Part shown: piece by piece, positions 49,901 through 63,200 of the stretch | Layout: each line of letters opens with the position of its first letter | How positions within the stretch are numbered: position 1 is the first letter of the stretch | NCBI RefSeq assembly: GCF_052425735.1 | Contig: NC_135767.1 | Location: 21,638,001-21,702,000, forward strand | DNA from: Oculina patagonica | Lineage: Eukaryota | DNA length: 64,000 bases | Direction of reading: 5' to 3' | Made by a program: the position numbers and the translations under genes | Notes under the pieces: generated by a model | Databases searched by the model: none | Seen by the model: only the letters and a program-made list of their open reading frames with translations | What the model was told of the DNA's origin: nothing

Positions 49901-52900
49901 AAAAACTGCATTTCTCTTAGCCAATCAGATTTGAGACATTTTTTTCATGTATTTTATGAGTGGACATATGTTAACCATATTAAGACTGTATAGAAAGGGT
50001 GCATGATTACGGTAGGTGAATGCAGAAGGCGAGTGAAAGGGGGACTGCTCATCTTCTATGCATTTCGTTGTAAATTTTTTCTTGCAAGAAATATTAATTT
50101 GAAATATTGGTTGATATTTTAGTGGTAGGTTAATTGATATGTTGCAATTGTTTTGAAGATACTGTATCACGTAGGTGTGTCTAACACCTGAGTCTGTGAT
50201 TTTTCGTTAGCTGATCCGTGTTCGCCCATTAATCCTTGCCTTAATGGAGGTACATGCTCAGCAGACAGTGACTGGCCATTCTTTACATGTAGTTGTCCGC
50301 CCGGATATATTTGGTATAATTGTGGATTTCAACAAGGTGAGACACATGGTCAAAACATAACCCTTAACTGATTCGGAATGAACTTTTATTGTGTAAACTT
50401 TATAGCTTTCAAGTCTATAAAAGTCTATAAACAAAAAACAATTAAAATCGCTTGGGTCAACGCTCTGGAGCACAAAAGACAGACTTCTCGCAGTCTATTT
50501 TCATCATCATCATCGTCATCAACATCATCATCAACCTAGGATATTTTTGTTTGATTTAGCATTCAGTTGATAACATCGTTATTCAAATTACGTTCATAGC
50601 ATCAACAGAGCTGTAAATTCTTCAGCCTTTAACCAGCACAGTTTCTAATTTTTTGCAATTTTATTATGGTGTTTTCTAAACGCTGCCACTTAAATCTGCG
50701 TTTGAGTTTAGTTACCTAGTTTTTAAGACCTCTTTTAAAACTATTTTTTTCTTTTTCATTTTTTTTTTCAGCTGACCCATGTTCACCCGATCCTTGCCTG
50801 AATGGTGGCGTCTGTACAGCGGACAGTAATCCGCTTGGTTTTAAATGCAGTTGCCCTTCAGGATACATTGGCCTAAACTGTGCCATTCAGCAAGGTGATA
50901 TACAATTTTCTCAAACCTTGCGTCACCTTCTCCGCAACTCAAAACAAATCCTCAGTTACAAAGTTTGTTGCTTTTTAACACTTATCTTATCATCAAGATA
51001 CAAAAATCGCTTTTTAGTTTTCGAACAAAAATGTTACAGCATTAAACGTGGTGGTTTATGGTCCGCACACTGGACTCCAAAATAATAAAGTGGTCCGGGT
51101 TCTAACCCTGGCTGGGGTCATTTTGTTGTGCTATTGGGCAAGACACTTTACTCTCACAGTTCCTCTCTCCACCCCGGTGGACTAGCATCCCATCCAAGGG
51201 GGGAGTAGAAATTCTCCTAGTCGCTTTATGTTACCAAATCCGGGATAAGCCTTGGCTTGATGGGCCACTAGGCTTGAACGCTGTCTTTAACAGTTCTGGG
51301 ACAAGGTCTCTTTTGGACAAAGGCTTGTAAAACTAATGTTCAAACTTAATCAGGGTTTCGATTTCTTAACAGGTGATCCGTGTTTAGACGAACCTTGCAA
51401 GAATGGCGGGAAATGTGCCGTGACTGATAACTTGGTTGGATTTGAATGCAATTGTACCTCTGAATATATTGGTTTTGATTGTGGCACTCTGAAAGGTAAT
51501 ATGGATATCCTCAAAGATAAAATTAAAAAAATAAATAAATAAATAAAAGTGCGCTAAAAGCAAACAAATCGTACATTTTTAAAGTTTTGGACGACAAAAC
51601 CAAAATCAGTGTTGTCAATAGTAGTTTTCTGACTGCTCTTGAAGATGGTATAGAAAATAAAAAAATGAGGATTCGAACCTTGTGAGCACCGTCACAGTTA
51701 ACTTCATGCGTTTTGTTTTCTTCTGGAGCTGAATATTATCGCAATAAAACAGATGTTCGTTTTAAGCACCATCAGAAAATTTTGGACATTATTCGTTATT
51801 AGAAAACAACAATTTTATCACCACCGCCGAAAAAGGACAATATTGGATGTATTTAAAAATACATTCAATCAAATCAACCGTTTTAAAATCCCTTACAACA
51901 AAGCGCTTTCAAAACAGTTAATCCAATTGGCTAGATTTAAATTTCCTTGTTAAAATGTAGCCAATGGAATCTTGTATCCCCAAAGCAACTTCTTTCTCGT
52001 GCACAGGCTCAGCTGGCTCAGTATCCATGTTACCACGGCCTGCTTGAATCGCTTTACATTCTGACGCTATCCGTTCATTTGTCATCAATTTTGTCATAGG
52101 CTTCCAGATCGCACACCAGATTTGTTGCAAGTTTTGCTAGAGTAAGTTGTCTCTCTTTGTTAAAATTTTGTTCTTAGAAGCACTGATTTCTATCGTATTT
52201 CTCAACAGAGGATCCGTGTTCCCCCAATCCTTGTGAAAATAACGGTAGCTGTACAATAGCGACCAACACGCAAGGGTTTACATGCAACTGTTCTACAGAA
52301 TACACTGGTGATACTTGTGAAAATAAAAAAGGTAAGTCAAATTTTTCACCCCGGGGGGGGGGGGGGGGGGACTCGCATGTGAAAGTGACGGGGATGCTCG
52401 TCGTCTCGCTTAGGGGTGTAAATTTCGGATTTTTGGTCTCGCTTAGGGTGTTCCGGGCAAAACGCCCAAAACGCCAGTATTTTTAGCCATAATGGTCTCG
52501 TTTAGGGTTACACACGAAGAAATATACAAATATAAACTCCATTCTTAGTTTTTTGGTATCTTTTGGGGGTCAAGAAAAGCTTGAGCCACACCCAGATTGG
52601 TCTCTTTTAGGGGTTCTTTTCAAAATTTCTGACGAGCATTCCCGTCCGTTTCATGTGGGAGTCCCCCCCCCCGGGTTTTTCACCTCCTATTGGAAGCTTT
52701 AGGTTTTATAGTCAATTAATGTGGTCGTTCTGGGAAACGCCTTTCGTTGCCTTGCTGGCATTACATGTCAAAGTACTACGATATCAAAAACATATTCAAA
52801 TGCAGCTAATTGGGTTAACATGGTAGAAATGTATGTGCCTGATTTTACTAACATTGGAACGAGAGAACAACTAAGAAGATACCAGATATTCAAAATGCCT

Positions 52901-55900
52901 TCTCGACTCCTCCTTATCCACTTTCTATTTCTTTATGTCTCCTCTTTATTCTTCTTTTTTTTTGTTACTTATTGTTTTTATATTCTACTATGTTTCTTAA
53001 TTTCAGTTCATGGCAACTGGAGTAGCTGGTCTCCATGGCCTAACTGTAACAAGCCGTGTAATGGTGGAGTCAAAATAAGAAAGCGGCTGTGTGATAACCC
53101 TGAACCAGCTTTTGGCGGGAAAAACTGCACCGGTCCGGCGAATGAAACTGAGCCCTGTAATTTGAACAGTTGCCCACGTAAATAAACCTTCTTATCGTTT
53201 TATTTTGCACAGTCGCTACCATAAGTGTAAAAGTTCAAATGACAATCTCGATCTCATTTTGCAAAAAGAAAATAGGAAACGGGAAACAATTTGTAACGCA
53301 TGAAAGTACTGCTTAATAGCAAATTATTATAACCTTATTGTACAGCATAACACCCATCTTGCGTAGGCCTGTCCATCAACCTTCCCCAACCACCCCCCCC
53401 CCCCCCCACCATACTACCACCACAACCAAATAATTTTATACCAAAAAAAAACATATCACTCTAAAACAGATAATTTGATTCATTTTCAGCTGAAGAGATA
53501 AATTACAAGGTCAAGCTGACAAATGACGTCTGGAATGATAATCTAGCCAACCCAGCAAGTCAACCTTATATTGAGCTTCAGGAAAAAATCAAGCAAGATG
53601 TAAATATTGGTTTAGCTGTTTTCACTGCTTATTTTAGCCATCTTGATCTATTTTCCACTTTTAGCTCACTTCACCTCGGATCACTGCACGATGCTGCACT
53701 TACTGCACTACACTGCATTTTACGGTACGTTTCTGTATTGACTGCAATGAGCAGGTACATAGCCGGAACCACACTGTTATTTACCACACAGAATTGCATT
53801 GTACCGCACTTAATCACTGCACTGAACTACATTGGGCTACACTGAAAAGCTAGCCGGGGTGACATGGGCTGGGCTAAAATGCCTGAACCTCACTGTATTT
53901 GCACTGTGGTGTAGTGCACTTCAGTGTGCTACACCAGAATATAAATAGGAAACGTCTGTATCAAATGTAACTATTAAATAGATTTAGCAAGCCTAAAAGC
54001 GTAGCTCCACGGCTATTTACTTTGCCCTTTATCCAAAGCTGAATCTACTGACCATAGACAGAAAAAAATACGACTTGAGCCCGTGATCTAATGAAAAACC
54101 ATTAACTTGTCAGGTCAACTTCAAGAAAACACGCGAGCTCGATGAGTTCCACACTCGAGCCTGCTATATGGTCATGTGATACTGGTCAGCGGATACCTCG
54201 TTTTGACAGCTGTTAATTGGTCTAATATTAAAGATGTTAGCTGACGTTAACCTGTTTCTGAAGTATGGCCGCCATGTTTGGGCGACGTACGTACGTCGTA
54301 GAGCTCACGCGCCCGCGAACTGTGCCGCTAGCCATGATAACCATGTAAAATCAAATGCATGGTTCTCCTATTTCTGTAGATTTTGTATTGCTATGGGACT
54401 CCGCTTTGGGGCCCTTCGGGCTCCTGGGAGCTCCGCTTTAAACTAATTAGTCTTAACTTCAAGCGATGTTTCAATCAGGAACATTTTTATAAATCACGGA
54501 AAAGTACTAGAAACGATGGTTTATTTCCAATTGTAGGTGAAGGGTTTCTACACCAAAAGAGATTTCAATGTTGTGGTAAAGGTCTTGGGATTCAGGTAAA
54601 TCCGTTTTAATAACTATTAAAATAAATAACTACTCTATAATGTACAATAATAAATAACATTTCGTCGAATAACATTTTTACACTGATGAAAGTTATTTTA
54701 GTCCTTCCAAAAATTAAGTTAGAGCTTTGCTAAATCAGAGTAAACTTAACATTCACTCTTTCATTCATTCATTCATTCATTCATTCATTCATTCATTCAT
54801 TCATTCGTTCAGTTCTTTTGGAAGGTAAGAAGGTCAGGAAGTAAGTAATGTTTCTTACTCCCAAAACTGGCTGCACTTGGTCTTCTCTGCAAAAATCGAT
54901 GTACATGAAAGGAGAATTTAAAACATGAGGGAAATTTAAAAAGGAACGGAATAGTTAAATCATAAGGGAATTTAAAATGAAACGTAGAAGTTAAAACAAG
55001 AGGGAATTCAAAATAAAATAGAATAGTTAAAACATCGCGAAACTCAAAATGAAACGGAATAAGTAGTTAAAACATGAGGGAACTCAAAATGAAACGGAGA
55101 AGTGAAAACATGAGAGAACTCAAACTTCAACGGTGAAGTGAAAACATGAGGGCACTCAGAACTAAACAGAAAAGTAAAAACATGAGGGAACTGAAAAACA
55201 AATGGAGAAGTTACAACTTGAGGGAACTCAAAATTCAACGGAGAAGTGAATACATTAGAGAACTCAAAATTAAATGGAGAAGTGAAAACATTAGGGAACT
55301 TAAAACCAAACGAAAAAGTGAAACAGGAGGGAACTCAAAATCAAACGGAGAAGTGAAACATGAGAGAAATCAAATTCAAACATAGGCATTAAAAGATGAG
55401 GGAAATTCAAAATCAAACGGAGAAGTTAAAAGATGATCTAAATTCAAAATCAAACAGAGAAGTTAAAAGATGAGGGAACTCAAAATCAAACGGAGAAGTG
55501 AAAACATGAGGGACGTTAAAATCCAACTGAAAAGTAAAAAATGGGGGAACTTAATTTCAAACCGAGAAGTGAAAACAAGAGGGAACCCAAAATTAACAGC
55601 TGTTTCTTCCTTTTTGGCAGAACCTTTTAAGATATTTACACGTATTATAAACATCCGCAAGGATCTAATTATTCTCTGAATCTCGTTCCTGTTTGTAGGG
55701 AAGGAAGCGTCATTTCCAGTTTCAATGTCACCTATCCTTCAGTAGATTCGTTACAAATTGTCTCCCTTCAAGAAGAACTGGCTGGTGGCACATTAGTTAA
55801 TACACCAGCTAAATTACTCAACATTACAACTACTAACGGTATGTGAGTAAAGATTTTATGTCAAGACGATGAAAACACTTATTACAGTATCGTAAATGGT

Positions 55901-58900
55901 TTGAACCCAGGAGTATCAGTAGGTCTTATAGTGTGACCGTCCGGGTGTGAGTAGTTCTGAGAAGAACTGTTGTTGGTGACTGACGTTCAGTTCGACAACC
56001 TGAGTGGAAGTCATCTTCAGTTCATCTCAGAGCTACTCTTACCCGGACGATCACACTATACGACCTACTTAGTACAGTGTTAAGGTTAAGCTCACCCTAT
56101 TTAGATTTGCATTTTAGAAGACATGTGTAATCAAATTTAGTTATATAACTGAGGAAAAGGGACACGTCGATTGTGACGAAAGCTCGTAAAAATAGACCTA
56201 ATGTGCTTTTGCATTGGTTTCTTCCCAGTACCAAACGAAGCTCCAGTTATTCTGGAAGCAGAGAGCACCACTTCAACGTCTATTGATCTTAAGTGGTCGG
56301 AAGTTAATGATTCCATGCCAATTCTTGGTTATGTAATAATTTACAAGGAAATCAACAAAATTTTCCAAGCAGACATCATGAAATCAGTGGAGCCATTACC
56401 TCGTGAAGCGGTGTTAGAAGATTTGAAAAAGTTTACAAATTACACCATACGTGTGTACGCCTTTACTGCTAACGGAAATGGAGTACCGAGCGAGGCAGCC
56501 TCTTTAAGAACCCAGGAAGACGGTAGGTTTATTACTCGTAGCTCCAGTATGGGAGAGAACATTAAAATGTAACTGCACGACCTAAACTGTCAAGATGGTT
56601 CATAATTAAACCAGCCAATCAATCTAATTTCTTTATTGCCAGTCAGGTTTTTCAGCTGTTTGACCTGTTACAGTTTTTATAGGTTTTGTTCAACCATATG
56701 GTCAGGTGATAAGCATTTTATAAACCAAGCTTGCTCCGGACCATACGCGGGGAATATCGTTCTTAGGTCGTTTCTGTTCGGACTTCACCGAGCTTGATCC
56801 GTGCAGTCAAGATCCCCGACTGAAACTCTTCCAGGGCGATCCCCTTCTTTGTTAAATAAATATCTAGATCGATTAGAAAGAGGTAACTTAACGTTACAGT
56901 TACCTTAGTTAACAACGCAACAAACAAGGCCAAGAACAGTAGATTACTTAGTTTGTAACAATCCTGAAATATTCAGGATTTGCTTTGGCTTTGCTTAACT
57001 ATTATCTGCATGTTATTGGTCAAGACAAAAATTGCACCATTAACAAAACCAGTCATAGGAAAATTTAAAACTAATCACGCTTTGTTTAAGTGTGTTTTCT
57101 AACGTTCGAAATCGTTTTGGCTTGCTGTGTTGATTACGTTAGTTGTGATTGTCATCGGGACTGCCTCGTTTTGGTTTCTTTTCAAAATAACGTTTTCTGT
57201 TACTGCTTTATATTATCTACTTCATAAGTTTAATTTATTGCTCAGTAAGTATTGAAATATGAGTTCTCTGTCGCCATCAGTGCCCAGTCAACCGCCACCA
57301 AACAGCGTTATTAAATCTACAAGCACCAGTACAATCGACGTTTCATGGGAGCCAATCAGCCAAGCTTTCGTGCATGGGATACTATTGGGATACGAGGTAA
57401 GGTACGCAAAGGATGACGGGTCGTCGCCGTTGACTTGGGAAACAGTGACACTTGATGCAAACACGCTTGGAGTGGTTTTAAGTGATCTGGAATATTTTAC
57501 GCGGTACAAGGTGGTGGTTTGTGCTAGGACTTCCAAAGGATGTGGCGAGGAATATTCCGACATCGCTTACACATACGGTGATGGTGAGTAGAATGTTATA
57601 GAAGGAAATTACTGGGAGAGCCCTCTGTTGTATAAGCTGCTGTGTTTAACCCTAACCCCAGCCGTTTGTTGGCCAAAATTGTGAAACCAACCATTTGCCA
57701 CCAATCTCGGCACGATGATAGAATTTTGCCGTTGCAATCGAATACCGTTTAAGTTTCCCAAATTCATCGTGATTTTCTCACGTTAACAGCAATTCGAATT
57801 GCAACCCTTACCTTAGCCGTTTTTTATTGCCAAAATTTCAAAATCAACCGTTTGCCACAAAACTCGGCACGATGATAGAGGTTTTACATTGCAATCGAAT
57901 GCTGTGCAAATTTTTCAAATTCATCGAGATCTTCACGTTAAGCGCAGTTCGAAGTTGCTAACCCTTACCTTACTAGTATACTATATATACTGACTCACTA
58001 CTAAATCTGCTTGTTTACTAATGCAAATGGGACAATCTGATTGGTTGATCTACTCGTACTCTATTAGATTAATTAAACTGATGAGGCCAAAGGCCGAACC
58101 AACAATCACCTCATAAAAATTGAGAGCAAATAATCTTGTTTTAGTAGAATTCATACTGAAGATTGTCCATTTAAATGATTTCCAATTATTTATGCATTAT
58201 AAAGTAAAATTGACTTCATACATACCGAGCTCGTGCGTACAGGTATACTGATAGTAAACGAGTAGCTTAACCAATCAGATAGTCGCATTTGCATTAGTAT
58301 ACTAGTAGATTTCTACTTATTGTTAATCTTTGTTAACTTGTACTATCTTTTCTCTTTTAAGTACCCAGCATGCCTCCTCAAACTGTGACAGCCCATAATC
58401 TTACATCCGCAGTGGGCATAAACGTTACTTGGACACCAGTCCCTATGGGTCACGTGAACGGCCTTCTAATGGGTTATTCCATAAAATATCGAAGAATTCA
58501 AACAGCTGAGAGGGAGGTGTTTTACACAGAGGAGTATACAGTGACTGTAAAATCAACCGAACTCTTGGTTGAGCTTCCAGTTCAAACGTACTCGATTTAC
58601 GAGATTCGAGTGGCGGCTTTTACACAAAAGGGCATGGGACCGTACAGTGAATTCGTCCATGGTGGTAGGTATTTTTTGAAATAATCAAAAATTCGTCATG
58701 TTCATCTAAACAAAGGAAATCGTTACATTGATGGTGGTTGTAATATGTAGATATTATTGGCATAGATGTTATCGATTATCTTTGTTTACTTCTTGGTATA
58801 AGTCCAACTTCAATGGGGAGATATTTGTATTACTCGAGACAATTCTTCATTCCATCTTTAAACACCTCAAATTTTGTCAAAAATTAACTTGCTGTGTGTC

Positions 58901-60172
58901 CTGTATACAACTTTCTTCTCTATGATTAGAAATATGATGAAGCACTGTATTTCGTGTTTAAATACTGATTCAAATCTGGATTAAGTTACCATATAAACCA
59001 TGAAGATGAATTGTTCAACAATGACACAAGCATGGGACAAAGAAAAAATCTGTGTCCCTGACGGGAATCAAACCCATGGCCTCCCAGATACCGGTTGGGC
59101 GCTCTAACTAACTGAGCTATGAGAGACACGTGGTGAGTTGGGCCATTTACTAGGTTGATATATGACACGCGTCCTGCATACTGCTAGGATCAGCAATGTC
59201 GAAATCATCAAGTGTGTAGTAAATAATAAAGATGGTAAATTTAAAGCTCGGTGGTAAATATTCAAGATGAATTGTTCAACAAAGACACGAGCAAAGAAAA
59301 AATCCTAGTCCCCGACAAGAATCAAACCATGTAACAAACCATGTTACCGTGGCAAACGATTAGTTAATTGATCAATCATGCGATGCAATATGACACACCA
59401 TAATCTTTGTGTGTTTTTTGCAGAAACCTGCCGTTGTCCCGAAATCCTCTACACAAACTATTGGTCGAATTCTCCATATCTTAAGGTGAACGACGAGGAC
59501 AATACACTAGAAGGAGTACTTAGCAACATTGTCACTGACATGGTGCATTATGCCTGTGGGATATGTCCCGCACACGGTGATACCTTCATTGACGTAGCTA
59601 CAAATGGCAAGGAAAAGCCGTCCGCCAAGAAAAGCGTCTTAGAAGTGCTTCGCGACATGGATGACGTTCCACAGATAAGCTTTCCTATCTATGGCAACCA
59701 ATACATCGAAAGATACATGGGGGAATATGCCTACATAAACCTTGTGGAGTCCCCTGGGGTGGCTTTTATTGCCGCTAAGAGGCCCCCAGGAAAAGCCGCT
59801 GACAACATGATGAGCGCACTATTTGACTGTCTTCCCTTGCTGATGTTGTCATTGTGCATGGCTTTTATATCAGGATTTATAATTTGGATATTGGTAAGTT
59901 GCTACTTTTTGAGTTACTCTTGAGTTCCATCCTGACATGAAATCATTTGTAGCTTAAGTGAAATTCAGTTTTCACTAAAGTGGAGAAAAGAACACCTAGT
60001 CTTTGACGGCAGTCAAATGACTCACTCTTGTTACTTGTTTAATTTCTGAATGCGTTTGGTAATGTCATGAACATTGATTAAGCTCATTTCTTAGTTTTCC
60101 GTCCTTTTAATAATAATAAAAATAATATATAATAATAATGAGGATGACGACGACGACGTTGACGACGACGAC

Positions 60173-60217
<45 letters not shown>

Positions 60218-63200
60218 CGTTATTTGAAACAGTTATTTTAATTTCAGTTTTTTGCATGGCTAAAATGATGTCTAGATGTCACTAAGTATAGCACTATGTA
60301 CCGATGCAACAATTCATGCGAAACTTTGATAGTTAATACCCGGACAACATTTTCATACGTATTCATGATGCTATTATTTCTTCCAGGACTGCAAGTCTAA
60401 CCCTGATGAATTTCCAGGCGGCTTTAGGAAAGGTGTTGGTGAAGGATTTTGGTGGTCGTTCGTTTCCATGACAACTGTCGGGTAAGCCGGCATTAGGAAA
60501 ATCTTTTTTTTTTTTTTTCATGTTTGGATTATTAAATTAGCGTGCGAATGTTTTTTTTCAGTGGGTGCAAATATAAAGTTCGTATGACCCATTGACCTAT
60601 TCTTCCACCCGCCTGTTTCAATTGAGTCATAAAATTACGACGGCAAAAAATGAAGTAAAGTAAAACGACGTAAAGACTAAGATTAAAACAACACGCACAG
60701 TCCGTTGTCACACTCTTAGGTAAAAGGGAAATCTCAAATTTTTGTTTATTAGTGTGCACGTGTGTGTGTTTCGCTGTTGCTGTTGCTTTTGTTTTTGTTT
60801 TAATTTCTTTTTTTTGTTTGTTTTACAGATACGGAGACCGGTCCCCCCGCTCTATCCCTGCCCGTATTTTTGCTATTATGTGGACACTGACTGGTCTCGT
60901 CATCATTGGCATTCTGATTGGTGCAATTGCCTCGTCACTCACATCTGTTACTGTAGATCATTCCATCATTCTTTATGGGTCAAAGGTGTGTTCAAAATTA
61001 CAAATATGCTTGTATAATTAAACGTAAGTACAAGTATTACAACGAAAAGTAATTTTAGTGACACTTAGTGTAACATTATGCATGTCCAAACTTGCTAGTT
61101 TGTGTCATGCTACCCTTGGAAGGATTTAGTAAATTAATTAGACTGTTCATTTTGCTGCTTTTAAGAGAAAATTACTCGGAGAGGTTAAAAAAAAAGTGAT
61201 AGTTTTTTGGAATCCGTCGCTAGAAGTATACCAAAATAAAAACAAACATCGATGACAAAACTTCGATAACTGGGCTTTTATTTAAACATATTTAGTTGTA
61301 AAAGGGTGTCGTCGTACCTCACTATATGAAACGAGTCTGAGTATAGACGGTAGCAATGGGAGACAGATGTGAACAAGCTTCAGCTGGGGAAGACAGATAA
61401 CTATAGAAATGAAGAAGGGGAAGGAAGAATAATTATCCTTGCAAGTCTTTAACAGACTAGACAATCATTGTTCTGTAGGTTTACGGTATATTTGGTCCTT
61501 TTTTACCAAACTTTTAGTGATAATTTTACCATACCTTGATAATATTGTATCACTGACAGTTTTCACGATGAAGTATTCTGCATTCTAAAATCTAGATTGG
61601 AGCCATTCATAACTCCACGGAACATCAAATCGCTACTCGTAAGAACGCAAGGGTAAACGAAGGTACGAAATATGAGTTCCAGTGTTTATGTAGTTACGTT
61701 TTTAAATAGGAACTCTTAATTAAGTATAAAATGGATTGATAAATGTATTACTGATGGTTTTTGAAGCGAAATGGGATTAACAGACCAAAGCAACAAAATG
61801 CGAACTTCGGATTAAGCTCAGTCTTGGTGTACGTCTATTAATTTTCGACACAAATTTTTGACGAAACCTTCATCTTGCCCAATGTATTTCGAAACAACCA
61901 ATTCTCCCAGTTCCATGCCTATTTCTTCATTTCTTTCTTCATCAACATCTCGCAATCATAAATTTAAAAAAGTTATCAAAATTCGTAGGACCTTCAGCTC
62001 TAGTGCAGAACTTAAGACGGAATGAAACCCCAGTGATAGGTTGTGTGTGTGTGTGTGATTATTATGGATGGTATCTGTTTTTTGTCATTGTATTGTATTG
62101 ACATTGACATCTCATTCATATTTTTAAAGACTGGTTACATAAAACTTTTAGTTCTAACTAATATTTTTTTTTAAGAATAATGTGAAAACGCATTAAAACA
62201 TTTAGTTTCTTGCACGCCCCATGATCAGATTTCGTTGACCTAACGGTGCATAATTATTTGCCTACAGAACGAAAGTACAGAAGCTTCGAAGAGCTTCGAA
62301 CAGCACTAGAAGATGGAGAAATCGATGGAGCCCTGCTAGACACGTACGTTGCTGCAGAACATAAGGAAGAGATTTTTAGCGATAAGATATATGTGAAAGA
62401 GATCCTGGACCGGCCATTTGGTTATGGGGTGGTGCTTTCAGGTGCGGCAAGGAATGTGGAACAAAGATGTCGGGATTACATTGACATGCAAATACGTGAT
62501 ATATTCGATATCATCCAGAATACTACAAAGACGCTTGACGTAAGTTTCGTGGTAAAATTTTTAATTTTCAATTAAATGTTACGCGGTAATAAATGGGCCA
62601 AGGGAGGTTCAGGGTGGCTGGAACGACCAGAAAGGCTGTATCACATCATTTTGCTGCTTTGAAACCCAAATATAACTTTGTCACAGAGTGTGAAGCCATG
62701 AATGCGTTTGCCCTAGGGCCCTGAGTAGGACCCGGAGCCCCGCAGCCCAACGTTTTCGGTCATGGAGCCCTGGAGCGCTTAATACCTTAAATGACACTGA
62801 TATAATTAACTTCAATGTGTCTCGCAATGTATTGAGATGACGGTAGCAAAGTTTCACTTTTTCCCTTGTCTTTCCACAGCCGGCTGACCCAGATGAGGAA
62901 GTGGAAGAAAGTACAGGCTTGTTTGATGGTTCTTCTGATATGTTTTTTACTGCCATGGCGTCTCTGCTTGGTATCTTGGGAGTGGCTGTAATTGCGGGAC
63001 TCGTTTATCAGTATTTGATATTTGTTCCCGGAAGGAAAAGAGGTAAAGGAAATCCTTTCATATCACAGTTGTGGGGAACAGTTGCGTAGACAATAACAGG
63101 GATTGGCGCAGACAACACGACTTTTTTGTGTAAATTAAACAAAAAACTTGCTTAAAAGTAAGCAGCTTGCTACCCCCATTCCATCCCCCCCTTTCCCAGT

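Noticed and set aside
58078-58100. CTGATGAGGCCAAAGGCCGAA as a hammerhead core
   Set aside because: GAAA is GAAC, no helix I/III pairing was found, and it lies in the central hairpin of an inverted-repeat element.
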